Assembly (NCBI GenBank): GCA_945892985.1
Contig: CAMDDU010000003.1
Location: 62,060-126,059 of the forward strand
Source: Bordetella parapertussis
Lineage (GTDB): Bacteria; Pseudomonadota; Gammaproteobacteria; Burkholderiales; SG8-39
Length of the DNA stretch: 64,000 nt
Reading direction: 5' to 3'
Below are positions 8,496 through 17,969 of this stretch, piece by piece. Every line of letters begins with the position of its first letter. The stretch's first letter is position 1. The translations under genes and the position numbers were made by a program. Below the pieces are notes generated by a model that saw nothing but the letters and a program-made list of their open reading frames with translations, had not been told where the DNA came from and did not search any database.

Positions 8496-9404
8496 CTAGC
8501 GTCCGGCTGCGCGCCAGTACGCCGGCAGATTCACCACATCGGCATCGCCCAGTCCGTCAGCGGAGGCTTGGTCGAAAACCTGCAGCGCCTGCGCCGTCAC
8601 CGGCAGCGTGACGCCGTGGCTTGCCGCCTCGGCCACCATGGTGCGCAAATCCTTGCGCACGCCATCGACGTGAATGGTCACCGGCGCGCTCTTGTCGCCG
8701 TTGAGGTTGGCAACGATGGCAGGGCCGCGCGTGCGCAGTGTTCCCGGGGCGCCCGAGGTGTCTGAGAAAATGTCGATCATGCGCTGCGGCGTCAGACCCA
8801 GGGGCTTGACCAGGGCGAGGGCCTCGCCGAAGCTTTGCCAGAACACCAGCAGCGGCAGGTTGATGGCGAGCTTCATCAGTGCGCCTGAGCCCACCGGTCC
8901 CAGATGCTCGATGCGGCGGCAGAGTTTTTCGAGCAAGGGGCGGGCCAATGCGACGGCGGCATCGCTGCCGCCGACAAACGCAAAGAGCTTGCCCTCGCGC
9001 GCCGGGCCGACGGTACCGCCAACCGGGGCGTCGATGAACAGTGCGCCTTTGGCCTGCGCGTCGCGGGCGAGCGCGACCACGGTTTCGGGGCGCACCGTGC
9101 TCATTTCAATAAACAACTTGCCTGTCCTTGCCCCGGCGAGCAGCCCCCGGTCGCCGCGGTAGGCGCTTTCCAGCGCCGCATCGTCGGACATGATGGAAAT
9201 GACAATGTCGCAGTCGCGTGCGAGTTCGGTCGCAGTGGCGGCCACTGTTGCGCCGGCCGCCACAAGCGCCTCGGCTTTGGCGCGCGTGCGGTTCCACACG
9301 CTGACCGCATAGCCCTGCTGCAACAGTCGTTCGACGAGGGCCGCGCCCATGCGGCCGATGCCGCATACGCCGATGCGTGCTGCGCTTTTGGGTAAAAGGC
9401 TCAT
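8496..9404 (-). CDS. NAD(P)-dependent 3-hydroxyisobutyrate dehydrogenase-like oxidoreductase
   Basis: GIGRMG, VWNRT, DAPVGG, MKLAIN; start placed at ATG 9404 (GGAG upstream). Confidence 0.88.
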   Translation of the reverse strand: MSLLPKSAARIGVCGIGRMGAALVERLLQQGYAVSVWNRTRAKAEALVAAGATVAATATELARDCDIVISIMSDDAALESAYRGDRGLLAGARTGKLFIEMSTVRPETVVALARDAQAKGALFIDAPVGGTVGPAREGKLFAFVGGSDAAVALARPLLEKLCRRIEHLGPVGSGALMKLAINLPLLVFWQSFGEALALVKPLGLTPQRMIDIFSDTSGAPGTLRTRGPAIVANLNGDKSAPVTIHVDGVRKDLRTMVAEAASHGVTLPVTAQALQVFDQASADGLGDADVVNLPAYWRAAGR

Positions 9405-9521
9405 GCTGATCTCCGTGGTTTTGCGTGCTTGCGACCGGGTTGCCCGATGCCCGCATGATAAAATCAAGCTGCTATTTTCGCATGATCACAGGCTGTGACG
9501 CCGCCCCGAGTCCCCATTGCC

Positions 9522-10577
9522 ATGAACCAAGTCTCCTCCCAGGTGGATCCCCTTGCGACCAAGCTGCCGGTCACTATCATCACGGGGTTTCTCGGCAGCG
9601 GGAAAACCACGCTGATCCGGCGTCTGCTGACCCACCCTGACATGAACCGGGTGGCAGTGGTGATCAACGAGATCGGCGAGATCGGCATCGACAACGACCT
9701 GGTGCGGATGTCATCCGAGAACGTCACGCTGCTGGCCAACGGCTGCCTGTGTTGCACCGTACGTACCGACTTGCAGGAAACCCTGCGCGAGTTGTTCGGC
9801 CAGCGCCGTGCCGGGCAGATTGCTGATTTTGACCGCATCGTCGTCGAGACCACCGGCCTTGCCGACCCGGCTCCTGTGGTGCAGACCCTGGTCAGCGACA
9901 CCATGCTGTCGGCGCATTACCGCCTTGATGGCGTGGTGACGCTGGTGGATGCGGTCAACGGCATCTCCAATATCGAGACCACTCCCGAGGCGCAAAAGCA
10001 GATCGCGCTTGCTGACCGCATCATCATCACCAAGTCGGATCTGGTCAGCGAGGCTGAACTGGCCACGCTGCGTGAACGCGTTGCCGCGGTCAATCCTCGC
10101 GCCGACGCCGTGGCGGCGGTGATGGGAGAGATCGATCCGGCGCTGCTGACCGGACTTGGCCTGGCCAGCGCACGGGCTGGCGCAAGAACCCTGAGCTTTC
10201 TGGGTGAGGGGGGGGCGCAGCCGGGTTCGGGCGAGCGCTACCTTGGTGCGCGGCTGCCGGCGCGCCATGATTCTGGCATTCGCACGCTTTCACTGCGCTT
10301 TGACAAGCCGTTTTCCTGGGAGGCGTTTTCTGCCGCCATGGATATGCTCACCAGCTTGCGTGGTCCGGACTTGTTGCGCGTGAAGGGCATTGTCAATGTT
10401 GCGGGCAAGCCGGTGGTGGTGCAGGGCGTGCAGCATATTTTCCATCCGCCGCTGCATCTTGACCAATGGCCGAGCGAAGACCGTGATACGCGTATGGTGT
10501 TTATCAGTCGCAAGCTCGATGAGGCGATGATTCGCGGCCTGTTCGCCGCGGTCGGGGCGTTGTTGCCCGGCGCTTAA
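9522..10577 (+). CDS. COG0523/CobW-family G3E GTPase metallochaperone
   Basis: GFLGSGKTT, GCLCC, ETTGLADP, CobW_C motif LLRVKG...QGVQH. Confidence 0.92.
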   Translation: MNQVSSQVDPLATKLPVTIITGFLGSGKTTLIRRLLTHPDMNRVAVVINEIGEIGIDNDLVRMSSENVTLLANGCLCCTVRTDLQETLRELFGQRRAGQIADFDRIVVETTGLADPAPVVQTLVSDTMLSAHYRLDGVVTLVDAVNGISNIETTPEAQKQIALADRIIITKSDLVSEAELATLRERVAAVNPRADAVAAVMGEIDPALLTGLGLASARAGARTLSFLGEGGAQPGSGERYLGARLPARHDSGIRTLSLRFDKPFSWEAFSAAMDMLTSLRGPDLLRVKGIVNVAGKPVVVQGVQHIFHPPLHLDQWPSEDRDTRMVFISRKLDEAMIRGLFAAVGALLPGA

Positions 10578-10613
10578 AAAAATGGGGCTGCGCGCTTTGC
10601 GGCAGCCCCCTTT
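10576..10613. terminator. Probable bidirectional intrinsic terminator
   Basis: A-run, GGGGCTGC/GCAGCCCC stem, TTT, between convergent genes. Confidence 0.65.
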
Positions 10614-10634
10614 GGCAGCAAGTGCGGGATTGGC

Positions 10635-11774
10635 TTAGCGCCCCTTTATCTTGATCTTGAACAGTTTGCGTGCGTTGCCGCCCATGATGCGCTGGCGGTC
10701 GGCGCCGGACAGGCCTTTGACGCTCTTGATCAGGCCGACCGGATCGTCCTCACCCATGTCATACGGATAGTCGGTGCCCAGCATGACGTGGTCCGAGCCG
10801 TACTTGCGCACCAGATTAGCAAGCATTTCCGGATCGAAGGTGATGGTGTCGAAGTACATCTTGGCGAGATAGCTCGAGGGCGCTTTTTTGATCACGGTGC
10901 GCAGGTCTGCGCGGGCGCGGTGGGCGTGATCCATGCGCGCCCAGTAGTGGGCAAGATAGGCACCGCCGTGGGCGACGACCACCTTCAGCTTCGGGTTGCG
11001 CGCCATCACGCCGTCGAGGATCAGGTGGCTGACGGCGATGGTGGTGTCCATCGGATTACCTATGACGTTGTTGAAGTAGTGGTCGACCAGGCGCTTGCCC
11101 TCTGTGAAGCCCACCGGGTGCAGGAATAGCGGCATCTCGAGTTCCTCGGCGCGGCGGAAGAATTTTTCCAGTTTCAGTTTCGGGTCCGTAAGATCCATGC
11201 CGTTGACGTTAGTGTTGAGTTCCACGCCACGCAGGCCCAGCACTTTTGATGCATATTCGAGTTCCTTGACGGCCATGTCGGCGTTTTGCAGCGGCACGGT
11301 GCCGATGCCGACAAAACGGTCTGGATTGCCGGCCACCAGGCCGGCAATGCCCTCGTTGACTTCGCGCGATAGCGTGCGCCCTAGCGCAGGCTCGGCCCAG
11401 TAGTAGTACTGGAAGGGGGCCGGCGAGACCGCCTGTATATCAATGCCCATCTTGTCCATGTCGCGCAAGCGCACCGGAATGGAGGACAACTTGGGTGCGC
11501 GTCCCGCCATTTGTTTGATGTTGACCTCGTTGGTCAGCGCGTTGGCGTAGATCACGCTGGGCTCATATTGTCCCGGTTTGAGATGCGCAACCTTGGCGGC
11601 AACCGCGGTGTTCAGGTAGTGGCAATGGATGTCGATGCGCAGGTCGGCAGTCTTGCGCTTGCCTTTTGTCACTGAGGAGGCGCGCACCGCGGTGACCGCC
11701 TTGCGTTTGGTTGCCGCGGCGCGGCCGTGGCGATGGGCGGGGTCGGTGCAGTTGGGGGAGCAGGTATAGAGCAT
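10635..11774 (-). CDS. Amidohydrolase_2 (ACMSD/decarboxylase-like) protein
   Basis: IDIHCH, LFLHP, AHGG, GTDYPYDM. Confidence 0.9.
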   Translation of the reverse strand: MLYTCSPNCTDPAHRHGRAAATKRKAVTAVRASSVTKGKRKTADLRIDIHCHYLNTAVAAKVAHLKPGQYEPSVIYANALTNEVNIKQMAGRAPKLSSIPVRLRDMDKMGIDIQAVSPAPFQYYYWAEPALGRTLSREVNEGIAGLVAGNPDRFVGIGTVPLQNADMAVKELEYASKVLGLRGVELNTNVNGMDLTDPKLKLEKFFRRAEELEMPLFLHPVGFTEGKRLVDHYFNNVIGNPMDTTIAVSHLILDGVMARNPKLKVVVAHGGAYLAHYWARMDHAHRARADLRTVIKKAPSSYLAKMYFDTITFDPEMLANLVRKYGSDHVMLGTDYPYDMGEDDPVGLIKSVKGLSGADRQRIMGGNARKLFKIKIKGR

Positions 11775-12011
11775 GGGGTCAGGTCCGTTTGGTGTTTGTT
11801 TGTTGTAGGGCCGAATTTTTCCGGTGCTTATGCTGCCGGATTGGATAAGCCCTTGTATTTTAGCCCAAGCCCGGGCTCTCCCCCGGGCGTCGTATCAGGT
11901 CGAGCGCAAGACTTGGCGGTGATGCGTTAAAATCCGCGTCACCTGATTGTCATGATTGTCACAATAACGAAAACCGGGGTGCCAACCAGGCGCCCCTTTG
12001 GAGGCCAGACC

Positions 12012-12659
12012 ATGTTGTTCGCAAAGCTGCTGCCGCAGGATGGCAACTTTTTCGAGATGTTCAACCAGCACGCCGATTGCATCGCCAAGGCGGCGCGCGC
12101 GATGTCGCAGCTGGTGGCCAACTACGATAATCCGCAACTGCGCGAGCAGCATGCGCGCGAGGTAGATGATGCGGAGCACGCGGCGGATCGCATCACGCAC
12201 GAGGTCAACAAGACGCTGCACCGGACCTTTATCACCCCGATCGACCGCGACCAGATCCACTCGCTCATCAATACCATGGATGATGTGGCGGACCTGATCC
12301 AGGACTGCACGGAAACCCTCGCCCTTTACGACGTCCATCATGTGACCGACGAGATTGTGCGCTTGGCCGAGCTGAGCGAGAAATGCTGCCTCAGGGTGCG
12401 TCACGCCGTTTCCCTGATCGGCGACCTGTCCAAGGCGAGCACCGCCGAGGCCGCCCTGAAAACATGCGAGGAAATAGACCAACTCGAGTCGGATGCCGAT
12501 CGCGTGCTTCGCTCGGCCATGAGCAAGTTGTTTCGCAACGAGCCCGATGTGCGTGAGGTGATCAAGCTGAAGGCGATATTCGAGCTGCTTGAAACAATCA
12601 CCGACAAGTGCGAGGACGTGGCCAACCTGATCGAGGGCATTGTCCTTGAAAATTCCTGA
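12012..12659 (+). CDS. DUF47 (PhoU-like) phosphate transport accessory protein
   Basis: EHAADRI, TFITPIDRD, LESDADRV, TDKCEDVAN; directly upstream of PiT. Confidence 0.9.
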   Translation: MLFAKLLPQDGNFFEMFNQHADCIAKAARAMSQLVANYDNPQLREQHAREVDDAEHAADRITHEVNKTLHRTFITPIDRDQIHSLINTMDDVADLIQDCTETLALYDVHHVTDEIVRLAELSEKCCLRVRHAVSLIGDLSKASTAEAALKTCEEIDQLESDADRVLRSAMSKLFRNEPDVREVIKLKAIFELLETITDKCEDVANLIEGIVLENS

Positions 12660-12682
12660 GTCGGGTCGGGCATGATCCAATT

Positions 12683-13693
12683 ATGACGACCGGCCAGGTT
12701 GCGCTTTGGGTGATCGTCTTGCTGGTGTTGCTGGCGCTGGCTTTCGATTTTATGAACGGCTTTCATGATGCCGCCAATTCCATTGCCACGGTGGTGTCCA
12801 CCGGCGTGCTCAAGCCGGCGCAAGCGGTGCTGTTCGCGGCGTTTTTCAATTTCGTCGCAATTTTCATCTTTCACCTGAGCGTCGCCGCCACAGTCGGCAA
12901 GGGCATTGTGCAGCCCGGGGTGGTGGACACGCATGTGGTGTTCGGTGCGCTGGTGGGGGCCATCACCTGGAACATTGTCACTTGGTACTACGGCATTCCG
13001 AGCAGCTCCTCGCATGCGCTGATCGGTGGCATCGTTGGCGCCGTAATAGCCAAGGCCGGCATCGGCGCGCTGATCGGGGCGGGGGTGTTCAAGACGGTGG
13101 CGTTTATTTTTGTGTCGCCATTACTCGGGTTTTTGCTCGGCTCGATGATGATGGTGCTGGTGGCCTGGGTGTGCCGCCGGGCGACACCATCCCGTGTTGA
13201 CCGATGGTTTCGCCGCCTGCAACTGGTGTCGGCAAGCGCATACAGCCTTGGCCATGGCGGCAATGACGCGCAGAAAACCATTGGCATCATCTGGATGCTG
13301 CTTATCGCCACCGGCTATAGCGCCGCCGGCGACAGTTCGCCGCCAACCTGGACCATCGTCTGTTGCTACGCCGCGATCGCGGCCGGCACGATGTTTGGCG
13401 GTTGGCGCATCGTCAAAACAATGGGGCAGCGTATAACCAAACTCAAACCAGTGGGTGGCTTTTGCGCCGAGACGGGGGGGGCGGTAACCCTGTTCCTTGC
13501 GACAGCGCTCGGCATTCCGGTATCGACAACCCACACCATCACCGGCGCCATTGTCGGGGTCGGCGCGGTGCGTGGCGCCGGCGCGGTGCGCTGGGGGGTC
13601 GCCGGCAACATCGTTTGGGCGTGGATATTCACCATCCCCGCCAGTGCCTTTGTCGCCGCCGTATTCTACTGGCTGAGCATGCTTATTTTCTGA
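12683..13693 (+). CDS. pit: PiT family inorganic phosphate transporter
   Basis: NGFHDAANS and GHGGNDAQK signatures, PSSSSH, PVSTTH. Confidence 0.95.
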   Translation: MTTGQVALWVIVLLVLLALAFDFMNGFHDAANSIATVVSTGVLKPAQAVLFAAFFNFVAIFIFHLSVAATVGKGIVQPGVVDTHVVFGALVGAITWNIVTWYYGIPSSSSHALIGGIVGAVIAKAGIGALIGAGVFKTVAFIFVSPLLGFLLGSMMMVLVAWVCRRATPSRVDRWFRRLQLVSASAYSLGHGGNDAQKTIGIIWMLLIATGYSAAGDSSPPTWTIVCCYAAIAAGTMFGGWRIVKTMGQRITKLKPVGGFCAETGGAVTLFLATALGIPVSTTHTITGAIVGVGAVRGAGAVRWGVAGNIVWAWIFTIPASAFVAAVFYWLSMLIF

Positions 13694-13876
13694 TTTTCAG
13701 CCGCATCGTAGTCTGGAAACGATCGACTGGCGCGGGTTTCCAGCTTGTGTTGCAGGCGGGGGTCCTGCGGCCTTCCGAAGCGCGATACGGACTACTCCAG
13801 TCGGTTTAAACTGACCCCTGCCCGAGGCGAGCCTTAAGCGTTACCCTGCCAGCCATTCACTAATGGAATCTCTCTC

Positions 13877-14575
13877 ATGAGCACTCAGCCAGCCGAACCC
13901 GTCGCTGCATTGGACGACACCGTCAGCGTATCGATTGCGGTCGCCGATTTCAGCCCATCCGAGATGTACGTATTTTTACGCGACGCGGTGGTGCCGCGTC
14001 CGATCGCCTGGGTATCGACAATGAATGCAGCAGGGCAGACCAACCTGGCGCCCTTCAGCTTTTTCAACGTCGTCAGCCCCTATCCGCCGACCATAGGCTT
14101 TAGCATAGGCCCGCGCGGTGACAATCACAGTTCGGGCGAGCGACTGATCAAGGACACCCTGCTGAACATACGCGCCGTGGGCGAGTTCGTCGTCAACATC
14201 GTGCCCGGAGGCCTGCTCGAACCAATGGTGAAATGTTCCGACCCGCTGGCTCATGGGGAGAGCGAATTCGACCATGCCGGTCTTGTGCCTGTGCCCTCGA
14301 CGCTGGTGCGGCCGCCGCGCGTGCGCGGTGCGCCGGTTTCGCTCGAATGCCGCACTCATTCCATCACGGAGATCGGTGTGAACACCTGGGTCATGGGTAC
14401 GGTGGTGCACATACACGTCGACCGCAAGGCTTATCTTGGTTCTACCCCGGCGCTCAAGCACCGCATCAACGTGGTCGCCGATGCCGCCAATCGGCCGGTC
14501 GGAAGGCTAGATCGCGCCAACTACACGCGGGTGACGGACCTTGAGGTGCAATGGCGTCAGGAAGGCCCGAACTAG
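13877..14575 (+). CDS. Flavin reductase-like (DIM6/NTAB) protein
   Basis: VVPRPIAWVST, NLAPFSFFN, KDTLLNI, GEFVVN. Confidence 0.9.
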   Translation: MSTQPAEPVAALDDTVSVSIAVADFSPSEMYVFLRDAVVPRPIAWVSTMNAAGQTNLAPFSFFNVVSPYPPTIGFSIGPRGDNHSSGERLIKDTLLNIRAVGEFVVNIVPGGLLEPMVKCSDPLAHGESEFDHAGLVPVPSTLVRPPRVRGAPVSLECRTHSITEIGVNTWVMGTVVHIHVDRKAYLGSTPALKHRINVVADAANRPVGRLDRANYTRVTDLEVQWRQEGPN

Positions 14576-14628
14576 AAGATCCGCGTGCCGGCCTTGTTGC
14601 GCGTATAGAAAACCGAATTGGAGGTGTC

Positions 14629-14982
14629 GTGGGGAAATTGCTCCTGCTGTGGCTGATTAATGCCCTTGCCTTGCTGGCCTTGCCTTATGTAGTGCCCTCG
14701 GTGCAGGTCGAGAGCTTCGCCGTCGCACTGGTGGCCGCGCTCGTGCTCGGCTTTGTCAACACGCTGATCCGGCCTGTGCTGGTGCTGCTGACCTTGCCGG
14801 TCAGCATTGTCACGCTGGGCCTGTTCGTTTTTGCCATCAACGGCTTGCTCTTCTGGATGGTGGCGTCATGGCTGGAGGGCTTTCACGTCGCGGGTTTTTG
14901 GTCGGCGGTGTTGGGGGCCATCGTCTACGGGATTATTTCCTGGGCGGCGAGCGCGCTGGCGTTTGGCGACCGGCGCGCCTAG
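14629..14982 (+). CDS. YvlD/DUF360 4-TM 'phage holin family' membrane protein
   Basis: LVLGFVNTLIRPVLVLLTLP...TLGLF motif; GTG start after GGAGGT. Confidence 0.85.
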   Translation: MGKLLLLWLINALALLALPYVVPSVQVESFAVALVAALVLGFVNTLIRPVLVLLTLPVSIVTLGLFVFAINGLLFWMVASWLEGFHVAGFWSAVLGAIVYGIISWAASALAFGDRRA

Positions 14983-15063
14983 GCCGGCTATCACGGTCGG
15001 CGTCTAAAAATACGCATCCAAGCTGCTATATTGTCATCCCGTTTTGATTGCTGATCAGTGAAC

Positions 15064-16623
15064 ATGAAGAAGGTCGGTCGTAACGATCCGTGCCCTTGCG
15101 GTAGCGGAAAAAAATACAAGCTGTGCCATCAGGCGATTGATGAAGGCATGCCGGCTGTGCCGGTAAATACTGCTGTGACGGAAAAGGCCGCGCTCGAAAG
15201 CCGGTTCGTCAATCAGGGTAACGCGCTGCAGGCGCAGGGCCTGCTGGACGAGGCGGTGATGTGTTATCGCCAGGCTGTGGAAATCAATCCGGCCGCGGCC
15301 GAACTGCACAGCAATCTTGGCAACCTGCTCGACAGCCTTGGCCGGACCGAAGAGGCGGTGGCCAGTTACCGCAAGGCGCTCGCGCTCAAACCGGAGGTCG
15401 CCGAGTTGCACAGCAATCTCGGACTGACATTACAGACGCTGGGCCGCTCCGAAGAGGCAGTGGCGTGCTACGAAAAGGCCGTTGCGATAAAGCCCGGGTA
15501 TGCCGGCGCGCATTTCAACCTTGGCCTCGCGCTGCAGGCTCAGGGCAGGCACGAGGCTGCCGCGACGCGTTACAGGCAGGTTCTCGCGCTGCGACCGGGC
15601 TATGCGCAAGCCCACAACAATCTGGCCAATGCGCTCGAGTCGCTCGGGCGGCTCGATGAGGCGATCGTAAGCTACCGCGATGCGGTCGCCCTCGACCCCT
15701 TACTGCTTGCCGCCCGCAACGGGCTGGCGTCGGTGCTCGGCCGTCTGGTGCCGCTTTGGCACGTGCCAATGATGAACGACACCATTCGCAATGCGGCTTA
15801 TTACGAGGCGCTGCGCGCGGCGGTCACGCCCGATTCGAACGTATTCGAGATCGGCACCGGATCGGGGCTGCTGTCCATGATGGCTGCGAAGCTGGGGGCG
15901 AAAAGCGTGACTACCTGCGAGGCCGAGCCGATTGTCGCCGCAACGGCGAAACGGGTCATTGCGGATAACGGCCTTGATCAACGTATCCGCTTGCTCGCCA
16001 AAAAATCCACCGATGTGCACGTGGGCGAAGACCTGTCGCAGCCGGCGGACATCCTGGTTTCAGAAATTCTCTCCAGTGAGTTGCTTGGCGAGCGCGTGCT
16101 GTCGAGCATAGAGGACGCCAAGCGACGGCTGCTCAAGCCCGGCTGCCGCATTATCCCCGCTGCCGGCAGCATCATGATCGCGCTGTTCGGTGGCGAGGAT
16201 ATTGGCAGCAATCTTGCCGTCGGGGACGCCTGTGGTTTCAATTTACGTCAGTTCAACGACATTGTGCCGCGGCGCCAGACCATTGCGCGCAGCGACCTCA
16301 CGATCGAAATGCTCAGCGCTGATACCGAGGCGTTTCGTTTTGATTTCGAGAGCGCCATCGTCGCGGCCCCGGAGGTAAAGACCTTGAACATTCCGGTGAC
16401 GGCGGCGGGGCTCTGTCTTGGGTTCGTTCAATGGATACGCTTGGAGATGTTCGCCGACATCGTGTTCGAGAACCACCCGTCGGTCAAGGCAGCGGCATCG
16501 GGTTGGACACGCTGCGCTTATGTGTTCGCCTCACCCGTTGAACTCAAAGTCGGTCAGGTCGCGGTCGTGTCTGCGGCGCATAACCGCGTGATGCCGTGGT
16601 TTGAATTGCAGGGCGTCGAGTAA
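15064..16623 (+). CDS. SEC-C + TPR + protein-arginine-methyltransferase-like (PRMT-type) SAM methyltransferase
   Basis: VGRNDPCPCGSGKKYKLCH; about 5 TPRs; WHVPMMNDTIRN, FEIGTGSGLLS, VSEILSSELLGE, LLKPGCRIIP. Confidence 0.82.
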   Translation: MKKVGRNDPCPCGSGKKYKLCHQAIDEGMPAVPVNTAVTEKAALESRFVNQGNALQAQGLLDEAVMCYRQAVEINPAAAELHSNLGNLLDSLGRTEEAVASYRKALALKPEVAELHSNLGLTLQTLGRSEEAVACYEKAVAIKPGYAGAHFNLGLALQAQGRHEAAATRYRQVLALRPGYAQAHNNLANALESLGRLDEAIVSYRDAVALDPLLLAARNGLASVLGRLVPLWHVPMMNDTIRNAAYYEALRAAVTPDSNVFEIGTGSGLLSMMAAKLGAKSVTTCEAEPIVAATAKRVIADNGLDQRIRLLAKKSTDVHVGEDLSQPADILVSEILSSELLGERVLSSIEDAKRRLLKPGCRIIPAAGSIMIALFGGEDIGSNLAVGDACGFNLRQFNDIVPRRQTIARSDLTIEMLSADTEAFRFDFESAIVAAPEVKTLNIPVTAAGLCLGFVQWIRLEMFADIVFENHPSVKAAASGWTRCAYVFASPVELKVGQVAVVSAAHNRVMPWFELQGVE

Positions 16624-16706
16624 GTCAGCCGGTGATGCGCTGGAAAGAGCCGCCTGGCGCGGCTTCCCAGCCGCCAGACTGAAAAAATGTTGGACCGTTA
16701 GGCGGA

Positions 16707-17843
16707 TCAGGCCACCGCTGAAAGTGGCCTGGCGACCCGTTTGATCCCCATGTCCTTCAGTGCGAGGGCCACCGCGCCGACCATATTGCGCATTTCATTG
16801 GCGTCGATGGCGCCGATGCAGCCGACGCGGAAAGTCTCCATCTTGGTCAGTTTGCCCGGATAAAGGATGTAGCCGCGGTCGCGCAGGTGGGCGTAAAAAG
16901 TGTCGAAGCGGTAATTCGGATCATCCGGGGCGTGGAAGGTGACGATGATTGGCGCCTGTATCGTCTTGGCAAGGAAGGGCTTGAAGCCCAGGGCCGCCAT
17001 GCCTTCGATCAGCGTGTCGCAATTGGCCTGGTAGCGCGCCCCGCGTGCGCGCTGTCCGCCGGCGGCTTTGAATTGGTCGATGGCGGCGCGCAGTGCCGCG
17101 ATGACATGGGTGGGGGGCGTGTAGCGCCAGCGGCCGTTCGATTCCATGTAGGCCCACTGGTCATGCAAGTCCATCGCCAACGAATGGCTGTTGCCGGCGC
17201 ATTCCTCCAGCACCGATTTTCGCGCGATGACAAAGCCCATGCCAGGCACACCTTCAAGGCATTTTCCCGAGGCGGAGATGAGCGCGTCGAAAGGCATTTT
17301 TTGTGCGTCAATCTCAATGGTACCGAAGGAGCTCATGGCATCGACAATGAGTCCCTTGCCGCGTTTCGCGCATTCGGCGGCGATATCCGCCAGCGGGTTG
17401 AGAATGCCTGCGCTGGTTTCGCAGTGCACCTGCGCGACATGCGTAATGGCCGGGTCGGCATCGAGCGCGTCTGCGATCATTTTTCCGGTCGCCGGCTTGT
17501 CCTCGGGAATGGCCAGTTCAACGGCGTCGCGTCCGAGGTATTTGCAGATTTTCAGGATGCGCTGGCAGTAGGCGCCGTTTTGCGGCACCAGCACCTTGCC
17601 GTTGCGGGGCACGATGGTGCCGATGGCCGCCTCGACGGAAAAGGTACCGCTGCCCTGGAGTGGAACGCAGACGTGGGTGGATCCGGCATTGGCGATGGCG
17701 AGGATGTCTTCGCGCAGGCTGGCCACGAGGGCGTTGAAGGCTGCATCCCACGATCCCCAGTCGCGCAGCATCGCCTGCTTGGTGGCGAGCGAGGTGGTCA
17801 TGGGCCCGGGGGTGAGTAGAATGGGTTCGTTGCCGATGATCAT
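16707..17843 (-). CDS. phnW: 2-aminoethylphosphonate-pyruvate transaminase
   Basis: [46 protein letters not shown]. Confidence 0.96.
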   Translation of the reverse strand: MIIGNEPILLTPGPMTTSLATKQAMLRDWGSWDAAFNALVASLREDILAIANAGSTHVCVPLQGSGTFSVEAAIGTIVPRNGKVLVPQNGAYCQRILKICKYLGRDAVELAIPEDKPATGKMIADALDADPAITHVAQVHCETSAGILNPLADIAAECAKRGKGLIVDAMSSFGTIEIDAQKMPFDALISASGKCLEGVPGMGFVIARKSVLEECAGNSHSLAMDLHDQWAYMESNGRWRYTPPTHVIAALRAAIDQFKAAGGQRARGARYQANCDTLIEGMAALGFKPFLAKTIQAPIIVTFHAPDDPNYRFDTFYAHLRDRGYILYPGKLTKMETFRVGCIGAIDANEMRNMVGAVALALKDMGIKRVARPLSAVA

Positions 17844-17969
17844 GATTAGTCCCTCAATGGAAACGGCCAGAATTGCAGCGACCAGGGCGTCAGTTTAGCG
17901 GTTGTGAGCCCGGATGCGCCAGCGACCGTGGCGCGCACCGTTGCCGACTTGGTGCGGACGCAGCCCCAG

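Noticed and set aside
7985..8637. CRISPR array or DGR template/variable repeat pair
   Set aside because: Only two long copies with no spacer series, the mismatches are not adenine-specific, and there is no cas or reverse transcriptase gene in the window.
14629..14982. Prophage, suggested by the 'phage holin family' label
   Set aside because: YvlD/DUF360 genes are common chromosomal genes and no phage genes are nearby.
16625..16703. attC after the TPR-PRMT gene (GTTAGGC near 16697)
   Set aside because: No matching RYYYAAC box; the hairpin is better explained as a terminator between convergent genes.
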